Assembly: GCA_947625095.1 (NCBI GenBank)
Contig: CANQMX010000002.1
Coordinates: 58,429-122,428, forward strand
Direction: 5' to 3'
DNA: 64,000 nt
DNA from: an uncultured Clostridia bacterium
Lineage (GTDB): Bacteria; Bacillota; Clostridia; Christensenellales; Borkfalkiaceae
Positions within the stretch are counted from its first letter, which is position 1, and every line of letters begins with the position of its first letter. Positions 29,865 to 38,977 of this stretch are shown here, one piece after another. The notes beneath the pieces are model-generated. The model did no database searches. It was given only the letters and a program-made list of their open reading frames with translations, and was not told the DNA's origin. The position numbers and the translations under genes are program-made.

Positions 29865-30164
29865 CTATTCCATTAAATCATCGTACTCTTCCTGCGTAAT
29901 TCCTATCTCATCCTCCGCATCGGTTCCAATGATAGATGTACAGCAATCGTTCTCTATGAATTTGATAGCATTTCGTAGCATAGATTCGAGCCGCTCTATT
30001 TTGTTTGACTGCCGCTCTACTACTTCGCCATCGTTGCATATCTCGCAGGGAAGGTCCAGCAATCTTTGCAGCCGCTCAACGAGGGATAAGTGTCCGGGGA
30101 ATCCGTCTGTCTTTTCAACCACCATTTTCAAAAGTAGGTTTTTGTCGTTTTCTGAATACTCCAT
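29865..30164 (-). CDS. Hypothetical acidic protein (99 aa)
   Basis: Track ORF; last gene of accessory operon 1; no recognisable motif. Confidence 0.55.
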   Translation of the reverse strand: MEYSENDKNLLLKMVVEKTDGFPGHLSLVERLQRLLDLPCEICNDGEVVERQSNKIERLESMLRNAIKFIENDCCTSIIGTDAEDEIGITQEEYDDLME

Positions 30165-30191
30165 TGTTAACTCCTTTTATATGAATATATA

Positions 30192-31238
30192 TCAATACCT
30201 ATTATTATAGCCGTTCGGGTTTTCTTGCTGCCATTTCCAAAGCGAGTTACACATATCGTCGAGTGTCAGCGTTGCCCTCCATCCAAGTTCACGCTCCGCC
30301 TTGCTTGGGTCTGCGTAAGTGGCGTCAATATCTCCGGGCCTGCGGCCAACAATTCTATACGGAATTTTTCTTCCGCACGCTCGCTCAAACGACTCAATGA
30401 CTTGTAGCACACTATAACCTTTTCCGGTCCCAAGATTATAAACAAATCGTCCGGGAGTCTTAATCCTGTCAAGTGCAGCGAGATGCCCTCTGGCGAGGTC
30501 CACAACGTGTATGTAGTCTCTGACGCCTGTCCCATCCGGAGTGTCGTAGTCATCCCCGTAAACCTGCACCTCTTTAAGTTCTCCGATTGCCACTTTTGCC
30601 ACATACGGCAAAAGGTTATTTGGAATGCCTCTTGGGTCTTCCCCGATAAGCCCGCTTGGATGCGCTCCTATCGGGTTGAAATATCTTAACAGGATTACAG
30701 TCCATTCTCCGCTGGCTCTTTGTAGGTCGGAGAGAATTGACTCTTGGAAAAACTTCGTCGCCCCGTATGGGTTCGCAACGTTCCCGACTGGCGCATCTTC
30801 GTTAACAGGAAGCGTTTTTGGGTTGCCGTACACGGTTGCGGATGAGGAGAATATAATCTTGCAGCACCCACATCTTCTCATAACGTTTAAGAGAGCGAGC
30901 ATACCATATACATTATTATTATAATAAAGGAGCGGATTTGCGCAACTCTCTCCGACCGCCTTTAACCCGGCAAAATGAATAACCGCAGAAACTTTGTGGC
31001 TGGTGATGACGTATTCCACAAGTCGCTCATCTCTAACGTCTCCGCTATACAGAACCGCCTCTTTCCCCGTGATGCTGTTTACTCTATAAATCGACGCCGG
31101 GGACGAATTGCAAAAGTTATCAATAACTACCACATTGTACCCAGCGTTGAGAAGTTCTACGCAAGTATGACTTCCGATATATCCGGCACCACCCGTAACA
31201 AGTATGGTTTCCTTTTCTCTATTCGGCAATGAACACAT
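30192..31238 (-). CDS. galE: UDP-glucose 4-epimerase GalE (prophage-borne)
   Basis: VTGGAGYIGSH Rossmann motif, YGATK catalytic YxxxK, 348 aa full-length SDR epimerase. Confidence 0.88.
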   Translation of the reverse strand: MCSLPNREKETILVTGGAGYIGSHTCVELLNAGYNVVVIDNFCNSSPASIYRVNSITGKEAVLYSGDVRDERLVEYVITSHKVSAVIHFAGLKAVGESCANPLLYYNNNVYGMLALLNVMRRCGCCKIIFSSSATVYGNPKTLPVNEDAPVGNVANPYGATKFFQESILSDLQRASGEWTVILLRYFNPIGAHPSGLIGEDPRGIPNNLLPYVAKVAIGELKEVQVYGDDYDTPDGTGVRDYIHVVDLARGHLAALDRIKTPGRFVYNLGTGKGYSVLQVIESFERACGRKIPYRIVGRRPGDIDATYADPSKAERELGWRATLTLDDMCNSLWKWQQENPNGYNNRY

Positions 31239-31626
31239 ACGATTCTCCTATCTTGTTAACCCACTCGTTGCCCATTACGATTTCTTCTGTGATTTCGGAG
31301 CCGTCTTCAAGTGATATGCACTTGCCATCCTCAATCTCAAAGTCCTTCCCATAGACATAGTTGAGCAAATCTTTCCAATCACCGCTTATGGAGTAGGATT
31401 CAAGCCCAATGTAATCGAGAAAATCTGCAACCGTCTTCTGCCTTTTAATTCCGCTGACAACTCCCGCAATGAATTGCTCCACAGTTTCGTCTGCCGGAAT
31501 AGAGTCTGTTGCGAAATAGTCGAGATACCTCTTCTCGCTATCAAACAACTTTATTCTGTCATCCTCTTCTCTGCCGTCTACCCCTTCAATATAAAGGGTC
31601 CCGAACGATGTTTCTATCTTTTCCAT
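31219..31626 (-). CDS. Hypothetical acidic protein (135 aa)
   Basis: Track ORF, overlaps galE start by 20 nt. Confidence 0.6.
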   Translation of the reverse strand: MEKIETSFGTLYIEGVDGREEDDRIKLFDSEKRYLDYFATDSIPADETVEQFIAGVVSGIKRQKTVADFLDYIGLESYSISGDWKDLLNYVYGKDFEIEDGKCISLEDGSEITEEIVMGNEWVNKIGESYVFIAE

Positions 31627-31627
31627 T

Positions 31628-32317
31628 TCACACCCTCCACAAAAGTTCGTCTTGACGAAAGTCGTTTCCCATAATTGAACGCAGGCTCTCTTTCATAAAG
31701 ACTTTTGTTCCTGCCTCGTTGCATTGTTCAACCAAGTCCAAAACCCATCCTTTTTCCGGGATGACCTTCCCTTTACGATTTCCCGTCTCCGCACCAATGA
31801 TAAGCAGTTTAACTGCGCTCGTTTTTTGATTGAGCAGCCAGTCCATATTGCCTATCGGCCCAAGTAAGGGTTCTACGCTCAAAAAGTCAAAGTATTGCAA
31901 CTCTTCTCCATAATTAAACAGACTTGCCTTGTTGACAACCGTTACTCCCGCAAACAGATTCATCAAGAACCGTTTACTGTTGATGCCGTATTTGGCGTTC
32001 ATTTCGATAAAACCGCTCGGCTTTTTGGTAAGTGCAATGTACTTATGTTGAGCATTATCCCAAATTGCGTTCATAACCGCCTCAAACCACTCGTATTTCC
32101 AAGTGCCTATATCGCTCATACTGTCAACGAAAATGCTCCTCGGCTTTTTTACGGTAAAATCTTTGAGATGCTCTGGTTTCCATTCCGGGATGGACCAGTT
32201 CTTGCAAAAGTGGAACCTTTTGTTGAGAACATTGCCGTAGCAATATTTACAGTTGTTTGGGCATCCATACACGCAGTTAATCGTGCTGTCGCACCAGTCG
32301 ATTTTTGTTTTCTTCAT
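31628..32317 (-). CDS. Phage Gp37/Gp68-family (DUF5131-like) protein
   Basis: N-terminus KIDWCDSTINCVYGCPNNCKYCYG resembles the family's IEWT..WNP..GC...C..CYA start; contains CxxxCxxC. Confidence 0.6.
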   Translation of the reverse strand: MKKTKIDWCDSTINCVYGCPNNCKYCYGNVLNKRFHFCKNWSIPEWKPEHLKDFTVKKPRSIFVDSMSDIGTWKYEWFEAVMNAIWDNAQHKYIALTKKPSGFIEMNAKYGINSKRFLMNLFAGVTVVNKASLFNYGEELQYFDFLSVEPLLGPIGNMDWLLNQKTSAVKLLIIGAETGNRKGKVIPEKGWVLDLVEQCNEAGTKVFMKESLRSIMGNDFRQDELLWRV

Positions 32318-32481
32318 AACCTTACTCCTTTCTCACTCTCGTAAACTTGAACCTTTTTAACAAACTCGTCGAATCGTCTTCGTGTTGCATCTGACATAAG
32401 TTCTTGTCTCCCTGCGTAAACGGAGAATCTCTTCGCTTCTTTTTGAAGTTCGCGCTTTGTATATGTAAGTTTCCTTTTCAT
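32314..32481 (-). CDS. Hypothetical protein (55 aa)
   Basis: Start moved to ATG 32479-32481, overlapping the upstream stop as ATGA. Confidence 0.5.
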   Translation of the reverse strand: MKRKLTYTKRELQKEAKRFSVYAGRQELMSDATRRRFDEFVKKVQVYESEKGVRL

Positions 32482-32975
32482 TCTTTGCCGCCCTCCACAT
32501 ACATCCAATTCTGTGGCGGGCGCGAAATGGTTCTATCGCACCCCCACTCTGGATATTCGTAATATCCAACATTTATCGAATAACAGCAGTGAGAGCAGGT
32601 GTCCCCGCTCTTCTCACATTCCGGTTTGCTGAACTCGCAAAGTTCTTTCGGTCTATCGTAGATTTTGAGGTCGGAAATTTCCATTTCGCTTATGTTCTTG
32701 AAGTTTTTCCCACTGTATGCCTTAATCTCCCCGACTGATAGACAGGCTCTGATAGGCAAGTGGGCAGGAACTCCCATACAAATGCGCCATTCTGTTACTT
32801 TGCGGCAAACCCACTCATTGACAACTTTTCGACGACCATCAACTCCGCTCTCATAGGTGTACACCTTAAAGGGCGGTTTGAGCGTCGGCGGAGCCGTTCT
32901 CAATTCGCTCGTCTTATCACCGCTCTCGATATTGCGGTTGTGTTTTGCCTGTATGCTCATTAAAACTGCTTTCAT
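32478..32975 (-). CDS. ASCH/PUA-like domain protein with Cys-rich C-terminus
   Basis: MKAVLMSIQAKHNRNIESGDKTSELR resembles ASCH N-termini (MKA.SI.QPWA..I..G.K..E.R); assignment by resemblance only. Confidence 0.5.
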   Translation of the reverse strand: MKAVLMSIQAKHNRNIESGDKTSELRTAPPTLKPPFKVYTYESGVDGRRKVVNEWVCRKVTEWRICMGVPAHLPIRACLSVGEIKAYSGKNFKNISEMEISDLKIYDRPKELCEFSKPECEKSGDTCSHCCYSINVGYYEYPEWGCDRTISRPPQNWMYVEGGKE

Positions 32976-33039
32976 TTCTTTGCTTTTCTCCTGTCTTTTC
33001 TTTGCTTAAAGCAACTATCGCACAAAACCGTTCCGTCTT

Positions 33040-33186
33040 TCATAAGGTGCATACCAGCCCACTTTGCCGCTTGCCGTTTGGAGTGTACGTTTTCTGAAAG
33101 GCTGTCTGCCAGCATTTTTTCTTCAATTTACAGTAATGACAGCACCTGTTTTTTCTGTCGCAACTGTTACCTATCAAACACTTCAT
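33040..33186 (-). CDS. Possible small Cys-rich protein (48 aa)
   Basis: Hand translation MKCLIGNSCDRKNRCCHYCKLKKKCWQTAFQKTYTPNGKRQSGLVCTL; GAGGTG 7 nt upstream; below the track cutoff. Confidence 0.3.
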   Translation of the reverse strand: MKCLIGNSCDRKNRCCHYCKLKKKCWQTAFQKTYTPNGKRQSGLVCTL

Positions 33187-33197
33187 CTCGCCGCACC

Positions 33198-33452
33198 TCA
33201 ATCTATTGAAACAATTTTTGCGCCGTCGAAGTTGACAAACCGCTCATCGCCGTCGAAGTATTCTCCGCCGAGCGTTATTTCAAGGTAAACGTACACCTCA
33301 CCAATGGCACAATTCTGTCGGATGCAATTCTCCCGAAGGGCGGACCAAAGTTCATCTTTTGCACTTTGGATGTCTTCTGCGATTTTTCCATACTGAAACT
33401 CCTTGTCCGTTGAATCCGTAACATATACGGTCAACCTGTACTTTTCTCTCAT
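33198..33452 (-). CDS. Hypothetical protein (84 aa)
   Basis: Start moved to ATG 33452 (MREKYRL) with GGGAGGAAG RBS, 1 nt after the upstream stop. Confidence 0.6.
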   Translation of the reverse strand: MREKYRLTVYVTDSTDKEFQYGKIAEDIQSAKDELWSALRENCIRQNCAIGEVYVYLEITLGGEYFDGDERFVNFDGAKIVSID

Positions 33453-33453
33453 A

Positions 33454-34200
33454 TTACTTCCTCCCTTCAAGAGCATCTGCAAGTTCATCCAGCATATCTG
33501 CGATTGCCTCTGCGTCGTCGAGAAGGTCTCGCAGGCTACCCGGCTCTCCTCTGTGTTGCCCGTACCATTCGTAGGCGTGTTCATCCGGAGAGAAACTTTC
33601 TGCGTATTCCCTTACATCGGCTACGAACTGCTGGATGCTAACGTCGAAGCAGAAGTCCTCTCCGGCAGGAGAATACTTCTCCAATTCGACGTACTCGTCG
33701 TCAACGCTGACGTTCCACCCAAGGTCCTCGCAGATGGCTATAAACCTTTGGTCAACGTGCGCCACACACACGATGCTGTGGCTCGCACATTCGTCATTAT
33801 ACTCGCCGTAATACAGCATCAACACGCCGCCGCTCTCGACGTCTATCGGGGTCCCAGTGGTATCAATAAACCTTACGGTTTCGCTGCGGATGTTCTTGAT
33901 GTAAAGATAGTCGGAAAACCACTTGTCGAAATATCCGTTCATCATATTAAACAGGTCTTCCTCGTCGATTCCATCGTAATCATAGACAATGCTCTCAACA
34001 TCTTTGTAGTCGTGATGCTCTCGATTAAACTTCTCTACGAACGCTATGTACCCCTGTTCTGTGTGAATGTCGATTAGGCCATTGACAACCTCTTCGCCGT
34101 ACCCTCCCCATCCGTCGTTGGGCCAATACATATCCCCGTTGAACTCAACGGATGTGAGTACCTTTTCCTGTGCGATAAGCACAATCTTTCCTCTTGTCAT
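33454..34200 (-). CDS. Hypothetical acidic protein (248 aa)
   Basis: Track ORF; no recognisable motif. Confidence 0.65.
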   Translation of the reverse strand: MTRGKIVLIAQEKVLTSVEFNGDMYWPNDGWGGYGEEVVNGLIDIHTEQGYIAFVEKFNREHHDYKDVESIVYDYDGIDEEDLFNMMNGYFDKWFSDYLYIKNIRSETVRFIDTTGTPIDVESGGVLMLYYGEYNDECASHSIVCVAHVDQRFIAICEDLGWNVSVDDEYVELEKYSPAGEDFCFDVSIQQFVADVREYAESFSPDEHAYEWYGQHRGEPGSLRDLLDDAEAIADMLDELADALEGRK

Positions 34201-34224
34201 AAATAGTTACCTCCATACTTTTTT

Positions 34225-34695
34225 TTAGACGTTACCCTCGTCTGCTCTGCTTTTAAGCCAGTCTGCAAACCAAGACTTGTCTTCCGAAAGCCATTCTTCC
34301 GCTTTGTCGATTGCTGCGTTTGCCGCCTCGTCTGAACTGTCTATTTTTTCTTCGAGGGCCTTGATGAGCAGTTCCTCAATTTGCTCCGGAGTGAAGCAAG
34401 AGGCAAGGAACCCGTTAATCTCAACCTCTAACTTTGCATCCGCTCCCGCCTTAATCGCATTATCTACCGTCATCTCGTCTTTGAGACAGTCTTCGCAGAC
34501 TCCACTGTACAAATCATCATCGTGGAAATACTCTCCGCAAATATCGCACGCTGATGCCTCCGATACCGAACCGCCACAGTGGCACACGCTATAATCCTCG
34601 TAACACCCTCCCATATAATCACTTACATAGGACCGTTCCGTTCGGAGGTCGTCTTCGTCCAAAACCGAACCACAATCGTCACAAATATACTTCAT
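34225..34695 (-). CDS. Hypothetical acidic protein with paired CxxC motifs (zinc-ribbon-like)
   Basis: MKYICDDCG...CHCGG...CDICG...CEDC; start chosen for spacing from the GGAGGAA RBS. Confidence 0.6.
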   Translation of the reverse strand: MKYICDDCGSVLDEDDLRTERSYVSDYMGGCYEDYSVCHCGGSVSEASACDICGEYFHDDDLYSGVCEDCLKDEMTVDNAIKAGADAKLEVEINGFLASCFTPEQIEELLIKALEEKIDSSDEAANAAIDKAEEWLSEDKSWFADWLKSRADEGNV

Positions 34696-34743
34696 ATCCA
34701 TTCCTCCAAAGTTAAGCAAACGCAGACCGCACAATATGTAGTC

Positions 34744-35100
34744 CTATTTGTTGATGAGCGCTTCTAAATCTCTTATACTTTTTTCGAGCGCATCCTCTAT
34801 CAAGTAAAGCGATTCTTGCGCATTTCCGTTAAGTGCCGGAACTTTGATTTCCTTTGTCTCGTTGCACAACAGTGTGAGCAACTGCTTTGCGCCTCTTAAA
34901 TTTATCAATATTTGCATTAAATCTTTCATACAGATACCTCCGTCATAATAATGGTTGGCAATCTGCGTTTGCCCTTTACTCAAAAAAGGAGCGTCCTCTC
35001 CGTATAAGGCAAAAAGCGCCGCTTGCCTCTCGGTAGGCTCCTTGATGCCGTAAAACAGTATCAACTTTGCCCTTGCTTGTTCTGCTGCGCCGTTTCTCAT
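34744..35100 (-). CDS. Hypothetical protein (118 aa)
   Basis: Track ORF, tightly packed. Confidence 0.6.
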   Translation of the reverse strand: MRNGAAEQARAKLILFYGIKEPTERQAALFALYGEDAPFLSKGQTQIANHYYDGGICMKDLMQILINLRGAKQLLTLLCNETKEIKVPALNGNAQESLYLIEDALEKSIRDLEALINK

Positions 35101-35102
35101 TT

Positions 35103-35714
35103 TTATACCTCCTCGATTATTCCGTCTATATATCCCTGTGTTCTCCCGAGGAACACGGCCTCACAAATGCGGGACTTTGCGTCCTTGTCAATACTCGAAA
35201 AACTTATTTCCTCATATTCTCCGTCTACCACAATAACAATGCCGTCTTCCGTCATCCGCCAGACTCCGCTGAACTCGACCGGTGCCGAACTGGAATCAAT
35301 AATCTCCGCACCTATACTTTTGCCCTCGTCTATGTATCCACGGTGAAGAACGCATACTCCGTTGTCGCACAGTCTAATTGTTTCAACGTCTCCTGTTTCG
35401 CTCTTTGCTTTGATGAGGCAATCCCTCCCCGATATGTTTTTGACGTACAGGTGGTCGTCTTTGTTATCCGCTATTAAATCTCTTGAAAGGCCCGTATCCC
35501 TGCAATTTGGAACTCCCCGATAAAGAGGATTAGCTCCTGTGCAATATTCGTTATTGAACTCTTGGAGAAAGCGAGAAAACGCTTCGCTGCAATCAACCTC
35601 TTCGAGCGCCATAAACGCTCTGTCGGGAATACCTCCTGTCTCTGCGCACCTTATGGTGGGAGTTGACACAATAACTCTACCGCTCACTATTGCTGCTATC
35701 TTCATATTTTCCAT
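35103..35714 (-). CDS. Hypothetical protein (203 aa)
   Basis: Start at ATG 35712-35714 behind GAGGTG; the track GTG 35729 is an alternative. Confidence 0.6.
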   Translation of the reverse strand: MENMKIAAIVSGRVIVSTPTIRCAETGGIPDRAFMALEEVDCSEAFSRFLQEFNNEYCTGANPLYRGVPNCRDTGLSRDLIADNKDDHLYVKNISGRDCLIKAKSETGDVETIRLCDNGVCVLHRGYIDEGKSIGAEIIDSSSAPVEFSGVWRMTEDGIVIVVDGEYEEISFSSIDKDAKSRICEAVFLGRTQGYIDGIIEEV

Positions 35715-35725
35715 ATCTCTGCACC

Positions 35726-36088
35726 TCACGCCGCAATCACATATTTCAGTTCTCTTATCTGGCTCTTGACCCTTTCGATATTGCGCTTTGCTACTTTGAC
35801 CATATCTTTGTCCTCGATGAATATGTAAAGGCTTAATTTTTCTTTCCAGTATTTCAAATCGTCTTTCTTGGCGTCGATTTCTTTCTGTATTTCATCTATA
35901 ATGGTCTGATTCTCCGCTCTTCTTCTGATAGCGTCCTCGCTTTCCGGGATGGCTTTGATGTCGAGCATTTTAACGAACTGCTGCTTGGTAACGTTTTCGG
36001 GAAGGGCACCGTACATCGCTTGGTAAACTTCAAAGGTTTCAACGCTTACTTCCTTTCCTATCATTTCCTCGAACTCGCATTTCATCAT
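35726..36088 (-). CDS. Hypothetical protein (120 aa), first gene of accessory operon 1
   Basis: Start moved to ATG 36086-36088 (MMKCEFEE) behind GGAGG; the track TTG start lies inside the repeated promoter-proximal palindrome. Confidence 0.6.
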   Translation of the reverse strand: MMKCEFEEMIGKEVSVETFEVYQAMYGALPENVTKQQFVKMLDIKAIPESEDAIRRRAENQTIIDEIQKEIDAKKDDLKYWKEKLSLYIFIEDKDMVKVAKRNIERVKSQIRELKYVIAA

Positions 36089-36106
36089 ATCTGGTAAACC
36101 TCCGTT

Positions 36107-36207
36107 CTTGCAAATCTGCAAGTTTTATTTTATGCTTTTATTATATCTTACACAACTGTAATTGTAAAGCATTTTTTATGCCTTTTCGTGAAATTTTTTA
36201 TTTTTTT
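36107..36207 (-). promoter_or_regulatory. Repeated promoter-operator module P1
   Basis: Minus strand TTTACA (36163-36168)-17 nt-TATAAT (36140-36145); spacer holds TTACAGTTGTGTAA; downstream palindrome CTTGCAGATTTGCAAG; upstream A/T tract; about 95 bp nearly identical to P2. Confidence 0.75.
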
Positions 36208-36252
36208 GGGAAATGTAACTATTGCGTTTATATTTTTGAGGTCAAAATGGTA

Positions 36253-36279
36253 CAAAAAAAAGGACGCACCCTGCGTCCT
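36253..36279 (-). terminator. Rho-independent terminator ending accessory operon 2
   Basis: Minus strand aggacgca-ggg-tgcgtcct followed by ttttttttt. Confidence 0.75.
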
Positions 36280-36293
36280 CAATTTGCGTTTTC

Positions 36294-36857
36294 TTATATA
36301 TTGAAGTAGTCCGAATCTTCCTCGCCTCCGCAGTTAAGATAGAACTGCTTTGCGTTTTCCGGAGTTATCCTTGCCAAACAGGCGCTGTTGCCAGTCTCGA
36401 AGTAGGCCACTGTAAAAAACTCCCCAGTGCAGATGTCCTTGAACAACTCGAACCAACCTCCATAAATTTTTGGCGTATGACACAACGAGGTTGATTTATC
36501 AGTGTCGAACTGTATTCCGTCCACCAGTTGCACAACCCTCGGACCCGTGCTTTTCTGCCTTTGTTTGAGGACGAGATTGCTGGATAGGTCTACCATCTGG
36601 ATTTCATATCCGAGAATGTTGCTAATCTTGACCCATTCTTCCGCATCTATCGTGCCGTTTTTCATCCTATTGGAAAAGTTCTGGGAACTCCACCCCATCT
36701 GTGCGGCTACGTCCTTTTTCTTCATACCCTTTGCAAGCATTGCTTGATTGAGCATCTCAACTACTGTCATAAAACTACTTCCTAAAACCTGTCTCTGCAT
36801 ATTATGGTACTCCTTTTCGTTTAATTTGTCAAGCATTTTCGTAATTTCACGAAACAC
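36294..36857 (-). CDS. HTH-domain protein (187 aa), candidate repressor
   Basis: MTVVEMLNQAMLAKGMKKKDVAAQMGWSSQNFSNRMKNGT has an XRE-like HTH pattern, plus an about 100-aa C-terminal domain; last gene of operon 2. Confidence 0.6.
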   Translation of the reverse strand: MFREITKMLDKLNEKEYHNMQRQVLGSSFMTVVEMLNQAMLAKGMKKKDVAAQMGWSSQNFSNRMKNGTIDAEEWVKISNILGYEIQMVDLSSNLVLKQRQKSTGPRVVQLVDGIQFDTDKSTSLCHTPKIYGGWFELFKDICTGEFFTVAYFETGNSACLARITPENAKQFYLNCGGEEDSDYFNI

Positions 36858-36858
36858 T

Positions 36859-37185
36859 TTATTCGTCCTTTGCGTAATTATTTACAAGGTCTTTTATATC
36901 TTGGTCGTTTGCAATATCGCACCATTCGGAATCGAAGTATTCATCCACCAAAGATGCGAGGATGTGTCCCGCTGCCTTATCGTGAATTTTTATGAGGGAC
37001 TTGCTACTTATCCAGTCGTATTCTCCGCAAGTGAATAGGTCATAGAACGTCTCCGTTACCATAATCCTATATGCGTTTTTGAAAATATCCTCTTTTGACC
37101 CGCTCAAAATCCGCTCTTTGTACTCCTGCCATTCCGTCTCAACGGATGCCTTTACAACAGACTCTATGATTGTTTCTTTTTTCAT
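36859..37185 (-). CDS. Hypothetical protein (108 aa)
   Basis: Track ORF; 1-nt gap to the next gene. Confidence 0.6.
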   Translation of the reverse strand: MKKETIIESVVKASVETEWQEYKERILSGSKEDIFKNAYRIMVTETFYDLFTCGEYDWISSKSLIKIHDKAAGHILASLVDEYFDSEWCDIANDQDIKDLVNNYAKDE

Positions 37186-37592
37186 AGAAACCCCCTCCTC
37201 CCTCTTTCTTCTTCGTCGTGGTCTTTAATGACCCGCATATCAAACCCGCTCTGGATGAACTTGTCACACAAAGCGTCGTTAACCCCGTTTCCGAGATAGG
37301 TATATATGAGCATCCACTCGTCGCAGTCATAACTTACGTTGAGGAACTCGTTTAGACTGTTTCTGACTCGGTTCTGGTACTCCAAATTGTTAGCCTTGCT
37401 CCTAAACGGTTCCGTCTTACAGGCGTCTCTTGAACACCACGAGAGAACTTTTCTGTATAAGTCTTGCTCCGTTTCAACTCTTTTGAGGCTGAAATAGAGG
37501 TTCGACTTTTTATCGAGGATAAGTTCTTCTTCGCCGTTGATAAAACTGCCGGGAAACAGCATCATCAATTCCCGAACTCTCTTGTTAATCAT
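37182..37592 (-). CDS. Hypothetical protein (136 aa)
   Basis: Track ORF; 4-nt overlaps on both sides. Confidence 0.6.
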   Translation of the reverse strand: MINKRVRELMMLFPGSFINGEEELILDKKSNLYFSLKRVETEQDLYRKVLSWCSRDACKTEPFRSKANNLEYQNRVRNSLNEFLNVSYDCDEWMLIYTYLGNGVNDALCDKFIQSGFDMRVIKDHDEEERGRRGFL

Positions 37593-38095
37593 ATTGCCAC
37601 TTTGCCTCCTATTACCTTATCGAGTAGACCGTCGTACAACGCTTTGTATGTGTCCCTCTCCACTCTCGTTTTTGTTAATTCGTCGGTTACATCCTTGGCG
37701 ACGCCCGCATCTTTTTTAACAACCTCGTCGGCGGAGTTCTTTTTCCCAGACGCATCCGGTTCTATTCCGAGGCTTATCATAAGGGCGGCGTTTATCATAT
37801 CCATTTCATATTTGGTACAGGTCGCAACGTACTCTCCTATCCTGTCCACCGATACGGAACATACTTGCTCGCACAAAGCGATGGATGGCCTTTCAGAACT
37901 ACGGATGTCTATGTGCGTAGGCAAGTCCGTTTTGGGCCTTGTAGTAAGGTAAACTATCTCTACAACCGAACTGTGGCGATTGCAAGAATTGTTTGAGACG
38001 ATTATTGCCGGACGCCCCGCTCGCTGCTCGCTACCCTCTTCTTGATAGCCGCTTACGATGTAATAAATTTCTCCTCTGTCAATTTCTCCGTTCAT
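37589..38095 (-). CDS. PemK/MazF-fold toxin-like protein with about 55-aa C-terminal extension
   Basis: RGEIYYI...GSEQRAGRPAIIVSNN...VVEIVYLTTRPK.DLPTHIDI...ALCEQVCSVSVDRIG parallels the chromosomal MazF at 9169; extra charged helical tail. Confidence 0.65.
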   Translation of the reverse strand: MNGEIDRGEIYYIVSGYQEEGSEQRAGRPAIIVSNNSCNRHSSVVEIVYLTTRPKTDLPTHIDIRSSERPSIALCEQVCSVSVDRIGEYVATCTKYEMDMINAALMISLGIEPDASGKKNSADEVVKKDAGVAKDVTDELTKTRVERDTYKALYDGLLDKVIGGKVAI

Positions 38096-38355
38096 TGATT
38101 TGTCTCCAAATATTTTTTATATCCGCCAGCCATATAAGACTCTTTGTTGTTGCAACGTTCTTGATACTCCTCTTCTGACATAGGCCTTATGCGAAGTATC
38201 CTCTCATCGGTGAGGTTCCACTGCCGGATGTACAGATTTCCTCTTTTCCTCGCAGCCTCCGCATTTTGAACATTGAATACAGCCTCATTGAATGGCGTTT
38301 TCGGTGTGTAGTCGTTCCCTATCAAAACGGCATACATATTCGTCTTGGAACCCAT
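38092..38355 (-). CDS. Hypothetical protein (87 aa), positional candidate antitoxin
   Basis: 4-nt overlap with the MazF-like gene downstream; no recognisable antitoxin fold. Confidence 0.5.
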   Translation of the reverse strand: MGSKTNMYAVLIGNDYTPKTPFNEAVFNVQNAEAARKRGNLYIRQWNLTDERILRIRPMSEEEYQERCNNKESYMAGGYKKYLETNQ

Positions 38356-38357
38356 AT

Positions 38358-38876
38358 TTACGCCGCCTTTCTGATTTTGTATTGGAGCGTTATGTCTCCC
38401 TTGATTCTTTCATCTCTTACCTGTTGCCTACAAGTGTCGAATATCATTCCACGCTCCTTCTTTGCGCCCATCAAGTATTCATACCCGGCATCTTTGAAAA
38501 AGCGCACTTCCTCCCAATACGTCGAACTCCCATCTGTTAAGGCGTCGTAGTCACTTCTCCTAATGTAGTCCTCCGTGCTGGCGTGAGCAGACCACTGCTC
38601 TTTAACTGCACGTTCTTCCGGAGTTAGGTCTCTGTATCCGGCACTGTAAACGGTCAGCGTTTCTCCGTCATAATCTACAAGACTCGCCTTGGGGAGCGGC
38701 AACTCGCTTACATCTCCTCCGACGTTCTGGAAAAAGATAGAGACGGTGTTGCACCCAACAATCTTTCTCCAACCCTGCAACCGAGCCGGTATGACGCTTT
38801 CACCGAACCGCTTAATCATTAAGCCCTCGTATTCACCCGTACTCGCCTCTCTTTTGAGTTCTGCAAGTGTTTTCAT
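38358..38876 (-). CDS. Hypothetical protein (172 aa)
   Basis: Track ORF. Confidence 0.6.
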   Translation of the reverse strand: MKTLAELKREASTGEYEGLMIKRFGESVIPARLQGWRKIVGCNTVSIFFQNVGGDVSELPLPKASLVDYDGETLTVYSAGYRDLTPEERAVKEQWSAHASTEDYIRRSDYDALTDGSSTYWEEVRFFKDAGYEYLMGAKKERGMIFDTCRQQVRDERIKGDITLQYKIRKAA

Positions 38877-38977
38877 TTATGTCTCCTTTTTTGGCCCTGT
38901 AAGGCCACATTTATTTTTGTGTATTGTTTGTTGTCAACCCACTTTGCGCCCGTTATGGTGCTTGTAGGGGCGTAATT

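Noticed and set aside
36089-36121. N-terminal MQICK... extensions shared by track ORFs 35726..36121 and 42253..42699
   Set aside because: The shared residues come from TTG codons inside the repeated palindrome CTTGCAGATTTGCAAG of the promoter modules. Downstream ATGs with proper GGAGG-type RBSs are better starts.
38877-38977. Possible internal promoter (TTGACA ... TAAATG) and hairpins between 38978 and 38876
   Set aside because: The -10 element is poor and the hairpins lack T-runs. The evidence is too weak to annotate.
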